Shown here one piece after another: positions 26,719 through 32,000 of a DNA stretch of 32,000 nucleotides. Location of the stretch: contig NZ_CP040443.1 in assembly GCF_005843885.1 (NCBI RefSeq), forward strand, positions 1,083,898-1,115,897, read 5' to 3'. The translations under genes and the position numbers were made by a program. Every line of letters begins with the position of its first letter. The stretch's first letter is position 1. The DNA is from Escherichia sp. E4742 (GTDB lineage: Bacteria > Pseudomonadota > Gammaproteobacteria > Enterobacterales > Enterobacteriaceae). A model generated the notes under the pieces. It searched no databases and had not been told where the DNA came from. It worked only from the letters and a program-made list of their open reading frames with translations.

Positions 26719-28083
26719 TTATGGTTGTCTCTCCGGTTTGCCTGCGAGCTCCATCTGATAACGATTAATCAACTGATTCAGTGCCATTTCAGCCTGTTTT
26801 TGCTGCTGTTCGCTGTCGTTTTGTTGACGAGCCTCACCATAGCGCCGTAACTGCTCTTCTGCCGGGATATGTCGGTTAAAAGCCTGCATGATGCCAAACA
26901 CCGCCGTTTTCAGTTCACTGACCGTCATGTATTTTCCCCGCTGTTCATCCAGACAGTTCAGGCGCTCAGCCAGTTGCTGTAAACGGATCATGCCTTCGTT
27001 CCAGCCCGTCATCGCCTCTTCCGGGAGCGCACGACTCCTTACACTCTTCTGCCAGTTATCCACCATTTCCTGTACCCGGGGATTATCGGGGAAAAGTACC
27101 ATCAGTTGCTGCAGCAACTGCGCACTGCGCTGCAGGTTGTATGCCGGGGGTAATTCTGTCAGTCGCGTTATCTGCTGACCGGAAAGGGTTATCCACTCTG
27201 ACGCATGATTTAACAGTGAGGATGTTCCGCTGAGCTGTGTCATCTGGTCTGCTGAAAGCACATCCGGTGGTGGTGTCAGCAGCGCCCTGAGTTGCTGCTC
27301 CGCCGGTGATGGCTGTGTCAGAAGCTGCCATCCCGGAATGGCCACGCTGACAGCCAGCAATGCCGCACAGACACCTGTTACAAACGGTTTCAGAAACGTG
27401 GGCGGGGTGTTTTGAAGGGAGGATGTGGGCTCTGTTTTTGTTTCAGAAACAACATACACCAGACGGGAGTTCGGCAGGGGCTGATGTTCCTGTACGTCCC
27501 GAGCATCAGACCGGAGTGCCTGAGCAGGAAGGGTTACCGGAGACGACGCTTCGCCCTGCACCGGCTGATTTTCCAGACGGGTGATATATCCCTTCACCAT
27601 GGCTTCCGGTAAAGCCACTTTACTGCTCTGTTTAAGTTCGTGCCGGGCCAGTGTGTCACTCAGTGCCTTCAGGAATGTTTCGGTCTGATACAGCAGGGGC
27701 AGGTTATCACGGTCGTCCGGTGGCATGGCCCGGAGCGTTTTTTGCAGACGGTTGAACAGACCGGTAATAATTTCCAGCCGGGCGTGGGTATTCAGCGGCC
27801 ACATCACTGACCAGTGATGCCGGGTCAGCGCCACAATCAGAGCCAGTCCTTCATTCAGGCCACTTAATCCTGTTGTATGCATCCGGGCGATGGTGTACCA
27901 GGATGCTGTCTGTAATTCCACACCATTGTGTTCATACAGACGCAGGCAAAGCGTTTCCACGTAACGCCAGTCCATATCCGGGCGTGCCGGGTGGGTCAGT
28001 TTGCTGATTTCATCGCGCAGGGCAGCATAATCCGGTAATGACCGGGGGTCACCACCGGTTTTCAGTTTCACTTCAGAAGTCAT
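26719..28083 (-). CDS. T6SS ImpA_N-domain protein with central TM helix (VasL/TssA-like accessory)
   Basis: The N-terminus GGDPRSLPDYAALRDEISKL....W..VETLCLRL...GVELQTASWYTIAR...GLSGLNEGL matches the ImpA N-terminal signature. A TM helix FVTGVCAALLAVSVAIPGW lies near aa 225-245. Confidence 0.8.
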   Translation of the reverse strand: MTSEVKLKTGGDPRSLPDYAALRDEISKLTHPARPDMDWRYVETLCLRLYEHNGVELQTASWYTIARMHTTGLSGLNEGLALIVALTRHHWSVMWPLNTHARLEIITGLFNRLQKTLRAMPPDDRDNLPLLYQTETFLKALSDTLARHELKQSSKVALPEAMVKGYITRLENQPVQGEASSPVTLPAQALRSDARDVQEHQPLPNSRLVYVVSETKTEPTSSLQNTPPTFLKPFVTGVCAALLAVSVAIPGWQLLTQPSPAEQQLRALLTPPPDVLSADQMTQLSGTSSLLNHASEWITLSGQQITRLTELPPAYNLQRSAQLLQQLMVLFPDNPRVQEMVDNWQKSVRSRALPEEAMTGWNEGMIRLQQLAERLNCLDEQRGKYMTVSELKTAVFGIMQAFNRHIPAEEQLRRYGEARQQNDSEQQQKQAEMALNQLINRYQMELAGKPERQP

Positions 28084-28137
28084 CGGCAGATTCAGTGTTG
28101 CTGTATTAAATCATGATTAACAGTTACGGAAAGAACA

Positions 28138-28518
28138 TCAGTGTGATACCGGTACCCGGGAAAGGTATTCCACTGCGCGGATAATTGCCGGTGTCACATC
28201 CCACCGCCGTTTCAGAACCGGTAACAGCTCATTAAGGTTTCTGATATAACGTTCAGTGAACAGCCGTTGTCCGTCCCGGGTTAAATGAAAACCGGACTGA
28301 TTACAGGTAATGGTGATATGACAGGTATCGCTGCCAATATATACGGCTTCCTGAGGTCTGAATCTGACATTCCAGTGCCAGGAGTACGGCGAGTGGTTCA
28401 GATAAAAAAGACGCATCTGAATATCGTTAAATAACGGGTTCATAATCAAAATCACAAAAAATATATTTTTCATCCGGACCACCCACACAGGGGCTGCCCG
28501 GATAAAAAAATCAGACAT
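28138..28518 (-). CDS. Hypothetical protein downstream of tssE (start uncertain: 28518, 28473 or 28443)
   Basis: The ORF is open from 28656 but its first 46 codons overlap tssE. An ATG at 28518 overlaps the tssE stop. I recognise no family. Confidence 0.35.
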   Translation of the reverse strand: MSDFFIRAAPVWVVRMKNIFFVILIMNPLFNDIQMRLFYLNHSPYSWHWNVRFRPQEAVYIGSDTCHITITCNQSGFHLTRDGQRLFTERYIRNLNELLPVLKRRWDVTPAIIRAVEYLSRVPVSH

Positions 28519-28969
28519 GATAATAAGATGAATTGTCCACAAACTGCTGTTGCTTAAGATAGCGCAGCAACACCCTGCCCTCCGGCATAAATGTTGTTCC
28601 GTAACGAACCAGCCCGGCATCTTTAAGTTCTGCATCAATGACATAATGCAACTCACCAGGCTGAGTCTGTTCCTGCATCGTCACGTCAACGCGCTTAATA
28701 CGTGGCTCATACTTCAGCAGAACGTCTGAAAGCACGCGCATCAGTTGATGCGCCGTACCCGGCATTCCCTGCAGAACGGTTGTCATATCCGGCAGCCCAT
28801 AGTCCGGAAGATGTTTAAGGCTCCCGGCCCGGGTATTCAGAATACGCTGCATGTTATCGAGCACCGACACGATGACCTGATTTTCTTCACTGACCTGATG
28901 GAGGTCGAGGCCACCGGTAAAATTTCCGTATAAGGTTTCGTAAAGGGAGGGGCTATGATGAGACATCAC
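28511..28969 (-). CDS. tssE: T6SS baseplate subunit TssE (gp25-like)
   Basis: SVLDNMQRILNTRAGSLKHLPDYGLPDMT is the GPW/gp25-family signature. At 152 aa the size is right. Confidence 0.88.
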   Translation of the reverse strand: MMSHHSPSLYETLYGNFTGGLDLHQVSEENQVIVSVLDNMQRILNTRAGSLKHLPDYGLPDMTTVLQGMPGTAHQLMRVLSDVLLKYEPRIKRVDVTMQEQTQPGELHYVIDAELKDAGLVRYGTTFMPEGRVLLRYLKQQQFVDNSSYYHV

Positions 28970-29009
28970 AACTTCTTCTCATAATCATTTAATCGTGGAA
29001 ATAGTTCAA

Positions 29010-29300
29010 TCAACACACTGGAAAGAAGATTACCGGAGTAAAAAATCGATTCGACATTTTAACTTTTCCTTTTTGACGCTGCTTTCTCAAATAATTAATA
29101 TGCTGTCTGTTTTTTGATCCCGTAGAAAGCATTATTATAAAAAACACCAACAATCCCATATCGATAAACAAAGATATAAAATTCATTTTCACCAGATTAT
29201 CAAGAAAATCTGAGACCTGAGAAAAGATAATCAACAACAGGCTAACGACCACAGGATATCGATACCCCATATCACGAAGTCGCTGTACATTTAGCAGCAT
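29010..29300 (-). CDS. Hypothetical 2-TM small protein in an AT-rich patch (possible orphan immunity or leftover cassette gene)
   Basis: Hydrophobic segments YPVVVSLLLIIFSQV and FISLFIDMGLLVFFIIMLS are followed by a basic tail. The upstream part of the tracked ORF (to 29399) overlaps the VgrG tail and is discounted. Confidence 0.3.
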   Translation of the reverse strand: MLLNVQRLRDMGYRYPVVVSLLLIIFSQVSDFLDNLVKMNFISLFIDMGLLVFFIIMLSTGSKNRQHINYLRKQRQKGKVKMSNRFFTPVIFFPVC

Positions 29301-29347
29301 AAAAACAAATCCTGTAGCACCTGCATCATTTTTGTGACATCCATTGA

Positions 29348-29757
29348 CTACGCTCCCTGAACGATAGCATCGTTGACTTTGATGGCATTGAGGAGACATT
29401 CAATACAAATTTGGCCATTAAGTGGTGGATACAGGTCCAGGAGAAGCGGTATGGGTAGCGGCATTGTTGCCGGGGCTGCCACCATCGTCCGTTTCGTCCG
29501 CCGCAGATACGTCGCCATCGTACCGTACTCTATTTCCCCGCCTCCAGCCGCAGGTAACTCCCCCCGCCAATCAGCGTGATGCGTTTTTTCCCGGCAAAGG
29601 AGATGTCACTCGCTGAGCTCAGTGTCAGCTTCTTCTCAGCAAACAACCGCATGCTGCCGTTTTGCGCCTGTACCTCTACCGGCCCTTCCCCGGATTTCAG
29701 GCTAAGTTGACCGGTGCGGGCAAAAAGCCCCGGCCTCTCTCCGGCCTGCACGGTCAT
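29348..29757 (-). pseudogene. vgrG: VgrG C-terminal remnant, 5'-truncated and frameshifted
   Basis: LSLKSGEGPVEVQAQNGSMRLFAEKKLTLSSASDISFAGKKRITLIGGGSYLRLEAGK is a DUF2345-type VgrG repeat. A TGA sits immediately upstream of the first Met. After GGGAAATAG the reading continues in the adjacent frame (one base missing from the A run) as EYGTMATYLRRTKRT... down to a stop at 29348. Confidence 0.75.
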
Positions 29758-29770
29758 TCAGCACACGACC

Positions 29771-30986
29771 TTACTCAGGTAGTGTATAAACGCTACCATT
29801 GTCATCTCGTTTCAGCAGTTTCCAGCAAGCCCTGTGCTGCTTACCGTGCTTATCCTCAAACGGGGGCATTTTCTGCCCTTCGCGGGTCTGGATGTACTCG
29901 GTGGTGCCATTAACCATCGCGGCCCATTGTCCGGCATGGGGCGCTATTTCATCGGTCCAGCATTTAATGCGTTCGGGGGCGCAAGATTTCCCCATTTCTT
30001 CTTTATCGAGCAGGGCGCTGGCTTCGTCAAAACGGGCAAACCATGCCATTGAAGACGCTTCTTCAAACTGAAGTCCTTCATATTCTGAGTAAAAATGCAG
30101 ACCATTGCGTCCATCATAGCGAATGGAACGAATGACCTGGTTCACCTTCACCAGCAGCGGCGATAAACCTTCTGTTTTCATCTCTCCCAGTGGCGGGGGG
30201 AGTTCACCGGCTTTAAGTACAACACCATTGTTATAGGGTAGCAGGCTAATTTCAGGCGTTTTAGCTAAACGATGTTTTACTCTCTCTGCCCCCCCCAGTT
30301 TTTCCAGCCACGGCGTACCGAGAATGGTGTACCAGCAGGCACCTTTCAGCCCCTCAACGGCTTCACCGCCTTCAAGCGTCCCAAGAGAATCCACCATCAC
30401 ACCCGGAAAAACGCTGCGCCAGGGCGAATTCATAGGGAAACATCCGTTCGAATGCATAAGGAAGTGCAAACGACAGTCCTGCATAACCACTTTCCACGGT
30501 GAAGTTGTCACACAACCACATCAGCCAGGCTTCATATCGCTTTTTACCATCAGCTTCTTTTAGCAAGGACAATGGAAATGTTAGTTTAATAACTGAACGG
30601 TCATTGTCATTATGAAACACCCTTTTTCCCATGATAAGAATGTCGTAATCGGGGGCTAAAAAATCCTTCTCTGCGCTACTCAGATACCAGGAAAAAATCT
30701 CTTCAGGCGTTGAATCGAGGATCTCCTGCCGCTTTTTGGCGTAGTTATTATCAGTGATGCCAACCCAGTTTTTGGTGATCGTTTTTTTCAGCCAGGGTTT
30801 AAACTCCCCATAGAAGCGATCCACGCACTCCACCATCCTGCGGCGGACTTCTGGCGTATGTCCGTCCTTAAAAAAGACGGTGATAATCAGACCGAGATTG
30901 ACTGCCGGACTGCCGTCTTTGTATTTCACGGAGGCTTCCGGCAGCCATTTCTCAATGTAGTTCAGCTCAAAATCATGCAATTCCAT
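29771..30986 (-). pseudogene. T6SS immunity protein (DUF3396-like, TsiV-type) split by a frameshift
   Basis: Two overlapping ORFs (30372-30986 and 29771-30511) together span about 405 codons. They rejoin as ...ALAQRF|PGVMVDSLG if one A of the A5 run at 30407-30411 is removed. AGGAG lies 7 nt upstream of the ATG, which is 12 nt after the effector stop. Confidence 0.7.
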
Positions 30987-30998
30987 ACCTGCTCCTGT

Positions 30999-32000
30999 TT
31001 AACCAACTGCCAGTACCGCCGTACCCGTACCGAGAATCGTCGCCAGTGTTCCCCAGGCGCTTATTGCCAGACGAACAATCAGTAAAAACGCGCCAATAAT
31101 GGCTTCCGGGATACCCAGCGTTACGACCAGTCCGCCGACACCCACAGCAACCAGAATAACGCCGACCGTTTTCGCGACGTTGGTTAAAACCTGTACCCAG
31201 TCCACCTGTTTCAGCATATCAAGCGTCATATCGGTGGCGTGCTGTATTTCTGTCCATGCGACCTTAATCTGGGCGTTGGTCCAGGATTTCACCGACTTAC
31301 CGGTTTGGCTGGCCCAGACCCAGACCTCACTTCCCTGCCGGTAAACCCACTCACCGCTGTCGTTAAGCCAGCTGGCTGCTGAATTCAGGACCAGTTGCAT
31401 CTCTTTTGACAGGGCATTCCAGCCTTCAGCCACACCACGCACCGCCCCCTCACTGAGGTCAGATACTACTTTACCAGCGTAAGTCCAGGGCTCTATTCTG
31501 GCAGCAACGGGGGTTGATGGCGGACGGGGCATAAAGACTGGCGGGTAAAGAGCCAGCGGCCAGTATTTCGCGCCGCTGGTCTGCCAGGCTTTCATCGTCA
31601 CGTTGACCACCTGGTCAACCCACTGGTGCTCTTCCGGGCGACAGTCGTGAATCTCCAGAATGGTCATGCGGGTTCGGTTCCTGCCCACAATCTGCATATA
31701 TTCGTTGTACTGCTCCCGAGAAAGAACATCCCCCGGAAACTTCACCTCCACCAGACGGGCCAGGTTATCGCTGTGCATATTACCTTCAGTATCCGGCCCC
31801 GCCAGTCCGGGCCAGCGGTCCTCCTTATTTTTAACAATAATCACGTCCGGGCGGCGGTAAATGCCCCTGCCGGGCACAGGGAAAGGATTGGTCGTGTGGC
31901 GACGGCCAGCACCGTCTTTTTCCAGCAGCGTACTGCTCAGAAAAGGGCGTGGCGGCGTAGTGCGCATATCAAACGCCACCTCCGCCTTATAATACCAGCA
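30999..32000 (-). CDS. T6SS VRR-NUC (PD-(D/E)xK) nuclease effector, TseV-like; N-terminus probably beyond the window
   Basis: RRPDVIIV......LARLVEVKFPGDVLSREQ matches the D...E-x-K VRR-NUC core. The frame stays open upstream of the tracked GTG (31979) to the window edge. The C-terminal 60 aa are strongly hydrophobic. Confidence 0.7.
   Translation of the reverse strand, partial: CWYYKAEVAFDMRTTPPRPFLSSTLLEKDGAGRRHTTNPFPVPGRGIYRRPDVIIVKNKEDRWPGLAGPDTEGNMHSDNLARLVEVKFPGDVLSREQYNEYMQIVGRNRTRMTILEIHDCRPEEHQWVDQVVNVTMKAWQTSGAKYWPLALYPPVFMPRPPSTPVAARIEPWTYAGKVVSDLSEGAVRGVAEGWNALSKEMQLVLNSAASWLNDSGEWVYRQGSEVWVWASQTGKSVKSWTNAQIKVAWTEIQHATDMTLDMLKQVDWVQVLTNVAKTVGVILVAVGVGGLVVTLGIPEAIIGAFLLIVRLAISAWGTLATILGTGTAVLAVG

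Noticed and set aside
28519-28656. 5' portion of ORF 28138-28656
   Set aside because: It overlaps the 3' end of tssE in another frame, and the translated sequence there is Cys-rich and atypical. Any real gene probably starts at or after 28518.

Overview
Enterobacterial (E. coli/Salmonella-like) accessory DNA with no core housekeeping genes. The left edge (1-1566) is the inward-facing parA/soj end of one integrative element. It stops at a 49-nt 3' fragment of tRNA-Phe, which I read as an att repeat rather than a complete tRNA. A P4-type tyrosine integrase (1764-3026) then opens a second island that fills the rest of the window, with almost every gene on the minus strand. In order, this island carries: (1) an EptA/OpgE-family phosphoethanolamine transferase; (2) a tightly packed four-gene operon led by an HTH+WYL regulator, followed by a Gly/Ala-zipper membrane protein, a membrane-anchored Cys-less HNH nuclease and a small YkgJ-type CxxCxxCC protein; (3) a Tia/Hek/Hra-like 8-stranded outer-membrane protein whose upstream region holds four GATC sites inside nested palindromes; (4) a complete type I-E CRISPR-Cas locus (cas3-cse1-cse2-cas7e-cas5e-cas6e-cas1-cas2, leader, 17 full repeats plus 1 degenerate repeat, 17 unique spacers); (5) a PerC-family regulator and the IbrA/IbrB pair (PP-loop PAPS-reductase-like plus ParB-like); (6) an Upf1-like SF1 helicase fused to a DUF2726/Vsr-like nuclease, with a small upstream partner gene; (7) a type VI secretion segment with a VasL/ImpA_N protein, TssE, a 5'-truncated and frameshifted VgrG remnant, a frameshifted DUF3396-like immunity gene and a VRR-NUC effector running off the window. 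I cannot match the WYL-led operon to any named system, and it is my best candidate for an undescribed defence or abortive-infection module. The helicase-nuclease pair and IbrAB are the second-tier candidates. All functional calls come from motif recognition by eye. No searches were run.
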